Positions 1 to 11,281 of a DNA stretch of 64,000 bases are shown here, in pieces. The notes beneath the pieces are model-generated. The model did not search any database. It was not told the origin of the DNA and saw only the letters and a program-made list of their open reading frames with translations. The number at the start of each line of letters is the position of its first letter. The first letter of the stretch is position 1. This DNA comes from Gammaproteobacteria bacterium (GTDB lineage Bacteria > Pseudomonadota > Gammaproteobacteria > Ga0077536), in NCBI GenBank assembly GCA_963662545.2, contig CAXXLL010000003.1:1568001-1632000 (forward strand), written 5' to 3'. Both the position numbers and the translations under genes were made by a program.

Positions 1-2401
1 GGAAAGATTCAAAAATGGCGTCGGGATGATCCGCGCCCGCGAGCAGACCGGTATCCGGATCTATGCGCACGGTAATCAGTCCCGCTGGCTGTATCATTCG
101 CGTCTCGGGTATACGGTCGAGCGCGACCCGCATGTAGTCCATCCAGGCTGGCAGCGCCGCACGTGCGCCAGTTTCACGTTTACCGAGCGGCGCTACGCGA
201 TCGAATCCAACCCAAACGGTGGTCACCACGCGTCCGTTGAAACCGGAAAACCACGCATCTTTCTGGTCGTTCGTCGTGCCGGTCTTACCGGCCAGATCCT
301 TGCGTCCCAACCTACGTGCGCGCCTGCCGGTACCGCGTTTAATGACATCCAGCATCATCGAATTCATGATCCACGCATTTTCGGCGTCGAGGACACGGGC
401 GGCGGAATTGCTCGGCGGCAAGCGATCCATATCCAGCAGAGCGGCAATATCGACCGGTTCACCGTCGTCATCGAGCGCGACGTTCTCACACACTTCGCAC
501 ACCGTCGCAGGATCGGCCTCATAGAGAACTTCGCCGTCGCCGGATTCGATGGTCTGAACGAAATACGGATCGATCTTGTAACCGCCGTTAGCCAGGACTG
601 CATAACCGGTTACGATTTCCATCGGCGTGAGTTCGCCGCTGCCTAATGCCATCGAAAGGTTCGCCGGCAGTCTGTTCGAATCAAATCCGAAGCGGCTGAT
701 ATGCTTGAGTGCATATTCCACGCCGATCGCGCGCAACAATCGAATCGATACGAGATTGCGTGACTTCGTCAAAGCTTCGCGCAGGCGCGTCGGCCCGAAG
801 TACTTGCCGCTGTAATTTTCCGGCCGCCAGGCGCTTTCAAGCCCGGGCGCGTCGAAAACGATCGGCGCGTCATTAATGAAGCTTGCTGCGGTAAAGCCTT
901 TCTGCAAGGCTGCGGAATAGATGAACGGCTTGAAATTTGATCCGGGCTGTCTTAGCGCCTGCGTCACGCGATTGAACTTGCTGCGGTAATAGTCGAGTCC
1001 TCCCACCAGGGCCTGCACGCTGCCATCCTTGGGGTCCAGAGACACCAGCGCGCCTTCGATCTTTGGAATTTGCTCGAGTCGCCAAAAGCCGGCCGTTACC
1101 GCGCCGCCTTGCCCAGCGTCGCCTTCCGCGGATGCCGGCCGGTGCCAGCGGACTCTTATTATGTCCCCCTCGTTGACGATATCTGTGGTGGTTTTCGGCG
1201 CGCGGCCCAACGCGTCCTGAGAAAGGTGCTTACGCGCCCACTTAATGCCGTCCCAGGGAATCGTGATCGCGCCGAATTCCTTCGTATAAGCAACGATTTT
1301 CTGCGCCTCAAGGGCGATGATCAGGGCCGGGTAGAAACCCCCGACTTCATGAAAATCGCGCAGCGCCTTAGCCCAATCCTCGGCCGTCGTATCAGGCGTC
1401 GATGGACTTGACGCTTCCGCTCCCCGGTAGCCATGCCTGCGGTCGTAATCGGACAAGCCTTTGCGTATGGCCTCTCTCGCCGCATCCTGCAAATGGCTCC
1501 GCACGGTCGTTCGAACCTTGTAGCCCGAGGTGTAAGCTGCTTTAGCGTAACGATCGACCATGTAATCGCGAACGAGTTCAGCGAGGTGCGGCGCCCGTGT
1601 TTCAACCGCCTGACCGTGACGCCGGGCGGTTATCGGCGCGGTGACCGTGGCATTAAATTGCTGCTGTTCGATCAGGCCCACCTTCAACATGCGCCTGAGC
1701 ACATACTCACGCCGTTCTCGCGCCATTTCAGGATTACTGATCGGATTCGTTCGTGAAGGTGCTTTCGGAAGTCCGGCAATCATCGCCATCTGGGCCAGGC
1801 TCAGTTGATCGAGTGTCGCTCCGTAGTAGACCTGCGCGGCAGCCCCTACGCCGTAAGCACGATGACCCAGGAAAATTTTGTTTAAGTACAGTTCCAGGAT
1901 ATCGTCTTTGGATAACTCGCGTTCGATGATGATGGCCAGTACGATTTCTTTCAGCTTACGTTCGTAGGTTTTTTCAGGTGACAGGAAAAAGTTTCTCGCG
2001 ACCTGCATGGTGATCGTAGAACCGCCGCGCTTTTTCTCGCGCGTCTGCAACAGCTCGAGGGCCGCCCGGGTGATCGCCATCCAATCGACTCCGGGATGGT
2101 CGTAGAAACGATCGTCTTCAGCAGCGATGAATGCCTGCTTCATCAGCGCAGGTACATCTTCGATCGCTACTGGATCGCGGCGTTTCTCGCCGAATTCCGC
2201 AATAAGTTTGCCGTCCGCGGTGTAGACTTTTAGAGGCGTCTGCAGATGGACGTCTTTGAGGGATTCGACCGGTGGGAGTTGCGGAATGACGTACCACAGC
2301 ACGCCGGCCGTGCCGGCGACGCCGAGGGCGAAAAGCAGAAGCAGAGAATAGAAGGCAAATCGCAACATCTTGTGCTTTAGTTGAGAGTGAGACGCCAACA
2401 T
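1..2401 (-). CDS. mrcA: Penicillin-binding protein 1A (3' end runs off window)
   Basis: Manual minus-strand translation from ATG 2401 (alt 2368): N-terminal TM, then LQTPLKVYTADGKLIAEFGEKRR, AAEDDRFYDHPGVD, GGSTITMQVARNFF, ELYLNKIFLGHRAYG; divergent from pilM as is typical. Confidence 0.95.
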   Translation of the reverse strand, partial: MLASHSQLKHKMLRFAFYSLLLLFALGVAGTAGVLWYVIPQLPPVESLKDVHLQTPLKVYTADGKLIAEFGEKRRDPVAIEDVPALMKQAFIAAEDDRFYDHPGVDWMAITRAALELLQTREKKRGGSTITMQVARNFFLSPEKTYERKLKEIVLAIIIERELSKDDILELYLNKIFLGHRAYGVGAAAQVYYGATLDQLSLAQMAMIAGLPKAPSRTNPISNPEMARERREYVLRRMLKVGLIEQQQFNATVTAPITARRHGQAVETRAPHLAELVRDYMVDRYAKAAYTSGYKVRTTVRSHLQDAAREAIRKGLSDYDRRHGYRGAEASSPSTPDTTAEDWAKALRDFHEVGGFYPALIIALEAQKIVAYTKEFGAITIPWDGIKWARKHLSQDALGRAPKTTTDIVNEGDIIRVRWHRPASAEGDAGQGGAVTAGFWRLEQIPKIEGALVSLDPKDGSVQALVGGLDYYRSKFNRVTQALRQPGSNFKPFIYSAALQKGFTAASFINDAPIVFDAPGLESAWRPENYSGKYFGPTRLREALTKSRNLVSIRLLRAIGVEYALKHISRFGFDSNRLPANLSMALGSGELTPMEIVTGYAVLANGGYKIDPYFVQTIESGDGEVLYEADPATVCEVCENVALDDDGEPVDIAALLDMDRLPPSNSAARVLDAENAWIMNSMMLDVIKRGTGRRARRLGRKDLAGKTGTTNDQKDAWFSGFNGRVVTTVWVGFDRVAPLGKRETGARAALPAWMDYMRVALDRIPETRMIQPAGLITVRIDPDTGLLAGADHPDAIFESF

Positions 2402-2432
2402 ATGATGTTTTATTACTTTAGATATCCGCTGT

Positions 2433-3629
<1,197 letters not shown>

Positions 3630-3630
<1 letters not shown>

Positions 3631-4202
3631 TGCCACGCGTTAATCTACTTCCATGGCGCGAAGAATTGCGCGTGCAGAAACGCACCGAATATTTGGTGAC
3701 GCTCGGAATCTGCGCCGTCTTCGCGACCGCCGTATGGTTCAGTATGCATCTCTATGTCAACGAAAAGATAAAACAGCAGGAACGGCGCAATGCCTATCTC
3801 AACGAACAAATCGTATTCCTCGACAAAAAAATTGAGGAAATCAAACGGCTCGAGAAAGAAAAGGAAAGTCTGATCGCGCGAATGAAAGCAATTGAAACGC
3901 TGCAAACCAGCCGCCCGATCATCGTTCATCTATTCGACGAACTCGTAAGCACCTTGCCAGACGGCGTGTATCTCAAGGAGGTCTCGCAAAAGGGCGATGC
4001 TGTCACGATTAAGGGCGTCGCGCAGTCTAACGCCCGTGTCTCTAATTACATGCGTAATGTTGAGGCCTCGGAGTGGGTTAAGGAACCGAAGCTGAACATT
4101 ATTCAATCGAAGACCGAAGACGGGCGCCGCATCGCAGATTTTACGCTAACGCTTAAACAAACCGCACTCAAGACCAGCAGCGAAGAAGAGGACGAAATCT
4201 GA
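3630..4202 (+). CDS. pilN: Type IV pilus assembly protein PilN
   Basis: RVNLLPWREE motif, single TM, GVAQSNARVSNYMRN; operon position. Confidence 0.95.
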
Positions 4203-4822
4203 TGGCAATGTCAATGTCAGATCTCAATAATCTCAGCCTGGACAACCTAGGCAGTTGGCCAATGCCGGTAAAGATCGCCGGTGGCATTCTGGTAATCGCC
4301 GCCATCGTGATCGGCGGCTGGTACTACGATATTACGGAACTTAACGTTAAATTCGATAACGTCGAAAAGGAAGAAATAGATCTTAAGCTGGCTTTCGAAG
4401 CGAAGCAGAAAAAGGCTGCCAATCTCCCTGCTCTAAAGCAACAGCTCGAGGATATCAAGGAAACGTTTGGTGACCTGCTCAAACGATTGCCTAACAAGAC
4501 GGAAGTCGCCGAATTGCTGGTCGACATCTCACAACAAGGTCTTGGCGCGGGACTCGAGTTCGACCTGTTCAAGCCGGGTAGCGAGAAACCCGCAGATTTC
4601 TATGTTGAACTGCCGATCCAGATCCGCGTAGTCGGCGACTATCACGAATTCGGCAATTTCATCAGTGGTATATCCGATCTGCCGCGAATCGTGACGAGCC
4701 ACGACATCAAAATTACTCCGAACCCCGGGACCGGCGGTAAGCCCGGTACCGGACTTGTCCTCGAAACAACCGCAAAAACGTATCGGTATATCGACGAAGA
4801 AGAAGAAGGTGAGGGATCCTGA
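4202..4822 (+). CDS. pilO: Type IV pilus assembly protein PilO
   Basis: LGSWP, LPNKTEVAELLVDIS, FYVELPI, LPRIV, AKTYRY motifs. Confidence 0.95.
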   Translation: MAMSMSDLNNLSLDNLGSWPMPVKIAGGILVIAAIVIGGWYYDITELNVKFDNVEKEEIDLKLAFEAKQKKAANLPALKQQLEDIKETFGDLLKRLPNKTEVAELLVDISQQGLGAGLEFDLFKPGSEKPADFYVELPIQIRVVGDYHEFGNFISGISDLPRIVTSHDIKITPNPGTGGKPGTGLVLETTAKTYRYIDEEEEGEGS

Positions 4823-4824
4823 TC

Positions 4825-5394
4825 ATGAATGCCGGGCTCAAATCTAAGCTTCTTCGTGCATGGGCGCTCGCCGCGCTCGCGATACTGGCAAGCGGCTGCG
4901 TCTCCAAGGATATTTCGGACCTGGAGCGGTATACGGGAGAAGTTCTCGACCGCGCCGGCGGCACAATCGAACCGCTGCCACCGATCAAACCGTACGAAAG
5001 ATATTTGTACCAGGCCGAAAAACTGGGATCGCGCAATCCGTTCCGCTCCTTCTTCGATATACGGCCGGAAAAAGAGGATCTCGTTAAAGCTTTAGATCCC
5101 GCGCAACAAAAACTCATAGACGAAACCGTCATTCATAAACCGGAAGAACTCGAAAATTTCGAACTGGACGCGCTCCGCATGGTGGGCTTGCTGGAAAATC
5201 CAGAAGCCTTGTGGGCGATTATTCGTGACCAGGAAGGAATCGTGCACCGCGTTCAGGTCGGCGATTACCTCGGCCGAAACTTCGGCAAGATCATTAACAT
5301 TCAGGAAAGTCGAATTGACGTTCGAGAAATCATCAAGGATTCGACGGGACGCTATGAAGAACGTGAAGCGTCTTTGGCCTTATCCGACGAATAA
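4825..5394 (+). CDS. pilP: Type IV pilus assembly lipoprotein PilP
   Basis: Lipobox ASGC, IEPLP, RNPF, LENFELDALRMVG, VGDYLGRNFGKI. Confidence 0.95.
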   Translation: MNAGLKSKLLRAWALAALAILASGCVSKDISDLERYTGEVLDRAGGTIEPLPPIKPYERYLYQAEKLGSRNPFRSFFDIRPEKEDLVKALDPAQQKLIDETVIHKPEELENFELDALRMVGLLENPEALWAIIRDQEGIVHRVQVGDYLGRNFGKIINIQESRIDVREIIKDSTGRYEEREASLALSDE

Positions 5395-5413
5395 CCCGAA
5401 AAGGTGTAAGAAG

Positions 5414-7576
5414 ATGAGCATTGTAAAGAGCTTCGACATCCTCGCCTCCAAGCGAAACCAAAACCGCCCGCAGTGGAAATCGCCGCTTGCGGTATGTCTG
5501 GCGGCCGGACTGATGATCTTTAATTCTTACTGCTGCGTCGTAGTCGCGGCAACCTTGGATGACATCAGCTTTAGCTCGCTGCCGGGTGACCGCGTGCAGA
5601 TAAAGATTAGGCTTTCGGATCCGGTTGACGGCGATCCCCTGAGTTTCACGATTGACAACCCGGCACGGATTGCAATTGATCTTCCAGGTACGACGCTCAA
5701 TCTCGCTAACCGCACGCAGACGATTGGCGTTGGAAATGCAGAATCTGTAACCGCGGTCCAAGCCGAAGGTAGAACCCGAGTCGTCGTCAATCTCGCACAA
5801 CTCGTTCCCTACGAGATTGCAACGAGCGACAACACGATCGCCATCACGCTCGAGGGTACAACAGCCAACCTGGACGCCGATGGCGGCGCAGGAGCGGCGA
5901 CGATGCCGGGATCTGCCGCGGGCGCGAAGATTACGGACATCGATTTTCGTCGGGGTCCCGCCGGTGAAGCTCAGATCGTAGTCGACCTGTCAGTTCCGGA
6001 TATCGCCATCAATATCACCGAGCAGGGTGAGAATGTGATTGTCGATTTCGCCAATACCATGCTGCCTGACGCGCTCGACCGCAAATTAGATGTCATGGAT
6101 TTCGCCACCCCGGCGCGCGAAATCGACACTTTTCGCCAAGGCAACGGCACCCGGATGATCATTCGCCCGACGGGTTCGTTCGAACATCTTGCTTATCAGT
6201 CGGGTAACGTCTTTACCCTGGAACTCAGACCCTTGACGTCTGCCGAGGAAGAGGCAATTAAGAAAGCCAAATTCGGTTATACCGTTGAACGCCTGTCCCT
6301 GAACTTTCAGAACATCGAAGTGCGCGCCGTACTTCAGCTGATCGCCGACTTCACTGAAAAGAATCTCGTCGCCAGCGATACCGTAGGTGGCAACGTCACC
6401 CTGCGCCTGAAGAACGTTCCCTGGGATCAGGCACTGGATATCATTCTCAAGTCCAGAGGACTGGGTAAGCGGGATATCGGTAACGTGATGATGGTCGCCC
6501 CCCAGGAAGAAATCGCAGCGCGTGAAAAACTCGAACTCGAATCCATGCAGCAGATTCAGGATCTCGCGCCGCTACGAACGGAGTTCATTCAGGTGAACTA
6601 TGCCAAGGCGGCCACCATTTCCGACCTCATCAGGGACGAAGCTACCAACCTCTTGTCGGACCGTGGCAATGTTACGGTCGACGAGCGAACGAACACGCTT
6701 CTCGTCCAGGACACCAGCGACAAACTGTCGGAAATTCGAAAGATCGTCGAGACGCTTGATGTTCCCGTTAGACAGGTGTTGATCGAATCAGGCATCGTCA
6801 TCGCTAATGAAGATTTTTCGAAAGACCTCGGCGTGAGGTTCGGGTATAGCCACGAAGCGAACAGGAAGGCCCTAGCCATCAATCCGTTGAACTTCAAATC
6901 CGGATTTCAGTCATCGATCGGCGGCGGTCTTCCGGGCAACACTAACTACGGCGACACGACTACGTTCAACGTGGATGGACTTGAAAACTACCTCGTCGAC
7001 CTGGCGGTAGCAGGTGCCGTGGGCAATTTTAAATACTCCGTGGGTAAGGTCGGCAGCTATTTGCTGCAACTGGAACTGACGGCGCTGCAGATCGAAGGCC
7101 GCGGCGAAGTGATCTCGGCGCCTCGCGTGATCACTGCGAATCAGCGCGAAGCGGTCATCGAGTCAGGTACGGAAATCCCGTTCCTGGAAGCGTCTTCGAG
7201 TGGCGCGACCTCGATTTCGTTCAAGAAAGCGGTATTGAGTCTTCGTGTCACGCCCCAGATCACACCGGATGACCGAATCATTATGGATCTGGCGGTTAAC
7301 CAGGACTCGGTAGGGCAGGTGTTCTCGGGAATCCCGAGCATTGACACCAATGAACTCCGCACCCAGGTGCTGGTGGATAATGGTGAAACGGTCGTGCTCG
7401 GTGGTATTTACGAATCGACTAACCGCGACGACAGAAGCAGCGTCCCGTTCTTCGGCGACCTGCCGTACCTCGGCAAGCTGTTTCAGCGGACCGCGGTCGA
7501 AGCCACCAAGCAGGAGTTGCTCATCTTCGTTACTCCGAAGATCATCAAGGAAACCCTTTCTCTCTCGTCGCGATAA
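5414..7576 (+). CDS. pilQ: Type IV pilus secretin PilQ
   Basis: AMIN-like N-terminal domains, LSLNFQNIEVRAVLQLIADFT, NVPWDQALD, secretin C-terminus VDNGETVVLGG...ELLIFVTP; start placed at ATG 5414 after pilP stop. Confidence 0.95.
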   Translation: MSIVKSFDILASKRNQNRPQWKSPLAVCLAAGLMIFNSYCCVVVAATLDDISFSSLPGDRVQIKIRLSDPVDGDPLSFTIDNPARIAIDLPGTTLNLANRTQTIGVGNAESVTAVQAEGRTRVVVNLAQLVPYEIATSDNTIAITLEGTTANLDADGGAGAATMPGSAAGAKITDIDFRRGPAGEAQIVVDLSVPDIAINITEQGENVIVDFANTMLPDALDRKLDVMDFATPAREIDTFRQGNGTRMIIRPTGSFEHLAYQSGNVFTLELRPLTSAEEEAIKKAKFGYTVERLSLNFQNIEVRAVLQLIADFTEKNLVASDTVGGNVTLRLKNVPWDQALDIILKSRGLGKRDIGNVMMVAPQEEIAAREKLELESMQQIQDLAPLRTEFIQVNYAKAATISDLIRDEATNLLSDRGNVTVDERTNTLLVQDTSDKLSEIRKIVETLDVPVRQVLIESGIVIANEDFSKDLGVRFGYSHEANRKALAINPLNFKSGFQSSIGGGLPGNTNYGDTTTFNVDGLENYLVDLAVAGAVGNFKYSVGKVGSYLLQLELTALQIEGRGEVISAPRVITANQREAVIESGTEIPFLEASSSGATSISFKKAVLSLRVTPQITPDDRIIMDLAVNQDSVGQVFSGIPSIDTNELRTQVLVDNGETVVLGGIYESTNRDDRSSVPFFGDLPYLGKLFQRTAVEATKQELLIFVTPKIIKETLSLSSR

Positions 7577-7599
7577 CGGAATATCGAGAGTGCCATCAC

Positions 7600-7627
7600 A
7601 AGCGGGAGCCTGGCTCCCGCTTTTTTT
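7600..7627 (+). terminator. Rho-independent terminator after pilQ
   Basis: GCGGGAGC-CTG-GCTCCCGC hairpin followed by T7. Confidence 0.85.
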
Positions 7628-7701
7628 GCCTGCTTGGATCTTCCTGCCTAGTTTCTAGGCTCCTCGGCGGAGTATATGGCTATCCCCGGATGATAAATGC
7701 C

Positions 7702-7793
7702 CTCGCCAAGCCGCCACGTACGCTAAGGAATCATTGACCTTCTTCGACAAGCGCTCGCGCCTTCTTCTTGGCGTGCTTTGCGTCTCCGCGAGA
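7702..7793. repeat. Degenerate inverted repeat with ~9-nt periodic arms
   Basis: Left arm CTCGCCAAGCCGCCACGTACGCTAAG vs right-arm revcomp CTCGCGGAGACGCAAAGCACGCCAAG; right arm recurs at 53116-53142. Confidence 0.55.
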
Positions 7794-7905
7794 GTATCAT
7801 CAAGGATCGCTTGGTAACGCGCTGCGGAGAATTCGCGATCGTCATGGCCTTGAGTACAAAATCCTACCAGGGTCCGAATCGAGTTCAGTAGAACAATGGT
7901 GAGAA

Positions 7906-8424
7906 ATGCGGGCTAGAGACGAATCACGCATATTTCTCGTCGGTCCGATGGGCGCCGGTAAAACGACGATCGGAAACCAGTTGGCGCGCAGCCTGAATTT
8001 GGATTTCATTGATCTCGACCAGGAACTCGAACGCCGCACTGGCGCAAGCGTGTCTTTGATTTTCGATATCGAGGGCGAATCGGGCTTCAGAGAGCGGGAA
8101 AAAAAACTGATCAACGAATTGACGCAGCGCGATCGTACGGTGCTGGCGACCGGCGGCGGTGCGGTGCTCGCCGCGGATAATCGGCAGCGTTTGAGCCGGC
8201 GTGGCTTCGTCGTTTATCTTAAAACGCCTCTTGAGACGCTCGTCGAGCGAACTCGTTATGATACGTCCCGGCCACTACTACATAGCGGCGATCCGGCGGC
8301 AACGCTCGGCGAAATACTGCAGGTACGCGAGCCCCTTTATGCGGAAGTAGCTGACCTCGTCGTAGATTCGGGTACATTGTCTGTGAAGCAAGTTCTCAAG
8401 ATGATTTCGGAAGAACTGCAATGA
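7906..8424 (+). CDS. aroK: Shikimate kinase
   Basis: IFLVGPMGAGKTTIG P-loop, EGESGFRERE, LATGGG, RPLL. Confidence 0.97.
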   Translation: MRARDESRIFLVGPMGAGKTTIGNQLARSLNLDFIDLDQELERRTGASVSLIFDIEGESGFREREKKLINELTQRDRTVLATGGGAVLAADNRQRLSRRGFVVYLKTPLETLVERTRYDTSRPLLHSGDPAATLGEILQVREPLYAEVADLVVDSGTLSVKQVLKMISEELQ

Positions 8425-9506
8425 ATCCAGAACTTCACGTCGAACTCGGCGATCGCAGCTATCCGATTCACATAGGTCCGGGCTTGCTCGCCGACGAAGA
8501 ACTGTTCCGGGCGGCCGTGCCCTCAGATCAAGTAATGATTCTTACCGACGAGAATGTTGCACCCTTATATCTGGACCGTATACGCCGCCATTTCCAGGAT
8601 CGCTCCTGTGAGGCCCTGATCCTTCCCGACGGCGAGATTCATAAATCGCTCGGTCGCTTCGAAGACATCGTCACTTTCATGCTCGAACGCGGCTTCGAAA
8701 GAAGCGCTACGCTCGTCGCGCTCGGCGGCGGTGTCATCGGCGACCTCGGCGGATTTGCCGCAGCGTGTTATCAGCGCGGAATCGCCTATGTGCAGGTGCC
8801 CACGACCTTACTGGCACAGGTCGATTCCTCAGTCGGAGGCAAAACCGCCGTCAATCATCCCTTGGGCAAGAACATGGTCGGTGCTTTTCATCAGCCGCAA
8901 GCGGTGATCGCGGATACCGAATCGCTCGCCACTTTGCCGGACCGCGAGTATCGTTCGGGGATCGCTGAAGTGATCAAGTATGGATTGATACGTGATCGCA
9001 ATTTTTTCGAATGGCTCGAAGCCAATCTCAGCGGAATCCTGGCGCGCTCCCCTGAAATAATCGATCATGCGATACGGCGATCGTGCGAGAACAAGGCCGA
9101 AATTGTCGCTGCAGACGAAACAGAGACTGGCATCCGCGCGATGCTCAATTTTGGCCACACATTCGGCCACGCCATTGAAACAGGGACGGGCTATGGTCGT
9201 TGGCTGCATGGAGAAGCCGTCGCCGCGGGGATGTGTATGGCGGCGCGCTTGTCCGCATTGTCGGGATCGCTAGACGTAAACGACGTCGCCCGGATAGAGT
9301 CGCTGATACGGAGTGCGGGACTTCCGACGACGGCGCCGCAAGAGATCTCTTGCGAGGTGTTTCTGGAATTGATGAAACGCGATAAAAAGAGCGTCAAAGG
9401 CCGCATTCGACTGGTGTTGCTGGAGGCCATCGGCGAGGCGAAGCTTACGACTGATTACTCCGATAAAATGCTCCTCGATACGATTGCTTCCCGGATGGTC
9501 GGCTGA
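8421..9506 (+). CDS. aroB: 3-dehydroquinate synthase
   Basis: ALGGGVIGD, VPTTLLAQVDSSVGGKT, LNFGHTFGHAIE, LHGEAV. Confidence 0.97.
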   Translation: MNPELHVELGDRSYPIHIGPGLLADEELFRAAVPSDQVMILTDENVAPLYLDRIRRHFQDRSCEALILPDGEIHKSLGRFEDIVTFMLERGFERSATLVALGGGVIGDLGGFAAACYQRGIAYVQVPTTLLAQVDSSVGGKTAVNHPLGKNMVGAFHQPQAVIADTESLATLPDREYRSGIAEVIKYGLIRDRNFFEWLEANLSGILARSPEIIDHAIRRSCENKAEIVAADETETGIRAMLNFGHTFGHAIETGTGYGRWLHGEAVAAGMCMAARLSALSGSLDVNDVARIESLIRSAGLPTTAPQEISCEVFLELMKRDKKSVKGRIRLVLLEAIGEAKLTTDYSDKMLLDTIASRMVG

Positions 9507-9525
9507 CTGGGAGCTTTGGCAAGAC

Positions 9526-11106
9526 ATGCGCCCGGAAGTACAGCCAGACGCCGACGGGAGCCTGGAGCTTCCCTACCTCATCGCCCCCAACCATCGTCAA
9601 CGCCTCGATCTGATCCATCATTTGCTGGAATTCGGGAATCAGATCGTCCTCATTCAAGGTGCCCCGGGATCGGGCCGCACGAGGATGCTGGAGTGCGTCT
9701 GTGCGGAAGCGGAGTCAAGCTGGAACATCCGGCAAATAGAAGGTGCGATCGAGTCGCCCGATGCACTGCTGCGATTTCTCGCGGACGGGCTGTCGGGTGA
9801 AGAATGGGCCGCGGACACCGACCGCGAAGAACTCATCTCGGCAATTGACGACGCCTTGGCCCACATGGCCGACGACCGCAGTTTGTGCGTCCTCGTGGTC
9901 GATGATGCCGATGATCTCGACGAAGAAATCTACACGCTTTTGTTCGGGTTGGCGCGATCGAACGGCCCGGGCGGCGAACTCCGCGTGCTGCTTGCGGGCA
10001 GGTCCGAATCGGATCTGGAGGAGCGCCTGCAACGCGCGGCACCCGGTCCGGCACTCGTACATGTCATCGACATCCCGGAACTCGATTCCGGTCAGGTTCG
10101 TGAAATCATCGAGAGTTTCGCGCGCGAATTTAGCGGCGAGAATCGGCTCCTGGAAATTGATCCCGAACGACTTGCGCGCGATACCGGCGGCAATCCCGGT
10201 AAGGTGATCGCCGAATTGAACGCCCTCAGCGACGCCCCGCCGGGTTCGACAACGGTTGGGCGTGCAACGCGTCACAAGCAACATCAGATTTACGCCGCAA
10301 TGTTCGCGGTCGTGGTCATCGCTGGAGCCGCATATGCGCTATTCGGAACATCCGAGCGCAAGGGCAAGATCGAAACGGTCGCGCTGGCGCTGCCTGAGAA
10401 AAACGTATCCGAAATGCCGACAGCACCTTCCGCCAAGCGCCATGCGGCCAATCCTTTGGAGGAGACGGCCGTGGTGGTCGAAACGGCTGATACCGCCACG
10501 GGTGACGCGGTTGATACGGTCGATGTCGACGCAGGTGACGCGATCGAGCCGGGCGATTCGATGGGTGAAGGGTTCGGCGCGGACGCGGCGGATCCCACCT
10601 TGAAGGAACTCGCCACCGCCCTGAACGGCGGCGGCGTCTCCGAGCCCGCAGCCGGATCGCCGGCGGATCTGGACGAGCAAGACCTCACCGAAGACGCCGC
10701 CGCCGGTGTGCCGGGCGACGCAGTCGTGACGGAAACGGTCGCGCCGCCAACGGAAACCCCATCCGCAAACCTCCCGTCAACCGTTGTCGACCTTGAGCCT
10801 ACGCCCGAATCTCCCGAACAGAAGACCTATTCAAGTAAGTGGGTACTCACTCAAGATCCCCAGAGCTACGTCATCCAACTGTTCGGCGTACGCGATCGGA
10901 ACGCGGCGGTCCGCTTCGTCAAGGCCAACGACCTCGGCTTGCTGAGCGCCGTCATCGCCATCACCCATGAGGGTACGCCCTGGTACGTATTAGTCCTTGG
11001 CCATTACCCCGACCGCGACAGCGCCAGGGCCGCGATCGATGGTTTGAGCCCGCCCCTTGCGACGCTAAAACCGTGGGCCCGGCCTATCCACTCGCTTACA
11101 GAATAA
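9526..11106 (+). CDS. AAA-ATPase plus TM plus C-terminal SPOR domain protein (DamX-like)
   Basis: Degenerate Walker A GAPGSGRT, Walker B LVVDDAD, TM helix, acidic linker, SPOR YVIQLFG...WYVLVLGHY...PWARP; follows aroB. Start uncertain (TTG 9484 or ATG 9526). Confidence 0.8.
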   Translation: MRPEVQPDADGSLELPYLIAPNHRQRLDLIHHLLEFGNQIVLIQGAPGSGRTRMLECVCAEAESSWNIRQIEGAIESPDALLRFLADGLSGEEWAADTDREELISAIDDALAHMADDRSLCVLVVDDADDLDEEIYTLLFGLARSNGPGGELRVLLAGRSESDLEERLQRAAPGPALVHVIDIPELDSGQVREIIESFAREFSGENRLLEIDPERLARDTGGNPGKVIAELNALSDAPPGSTTVGRATRHKQHQIYAAMFAVVVIAGAAYALFGTSERKGKIETVALALPEKNVSEMPTAPSAKRHAANPLEETAVVVETADTATGDAVDTVDVDAGDAIEPGDSMGEGFGADAADPTLKELATALNGGGVSEPAAGSPADLDEQDLTEDAAAGVPGDAVVTETVAPPTETPSANLPSTVVDLEPTPESPEQKTYSSKWVLTQDPQSYVIQLFGVRDRNAAVRFVKANDLGLLSAVIAITHEGTPWYVLVLGHYPDRDSARAAIDGLSPPLATLKPWARPIHSLTE

Positions 11107-11127
11107 TCCTTTAAATATAATAAGTTA
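11107..11127 (+). promoter_or_regulatory. IHF-like motif upstream of gltB
   Basis: TCCTTTAAATATAATAAGTTA, nearly identical to revcomp of 2539-2560. Confidence 0.4.
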
Positions 11128-11186
11128 AAAGCGCCTACACCGCTCTATACGAACCTTCCCCGCGCCGTCTGTAGCCGCATCGCGTG

Positions 11187-11216
11187 ATGACAGTTTCGCG
11201 TAGCTCGGCATATAAT
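11187..11216 (+). promoter_or_regulatory. Putative sigma70 promoter of gltBD
   Basis: ATGACA-N18-TATAAT about 65 nt upstream of the gltB start. Confidence 0.5.
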
Positions 11217-11281
11217 CGGCGTCCTTTTTCGCGCAATTCATCACTGTATTCACGAACCAAGCCCCGGAGGCAAGCTGAGGG

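Noticed and set aside
26-1756. Plus-strand ORFs (26-646, 1070-1411, 1433-1756)
   Set aside because: Antisense shadows of mrcA, which the ORF track omits because it runs off the window.
5225-5413. Long N-terminal extensions of pilQ (also gltD from 15771 and DUF368 from 19890)
   Set aside because: They overlap upstream genes; downstream ATGs give family-typical N-termini.
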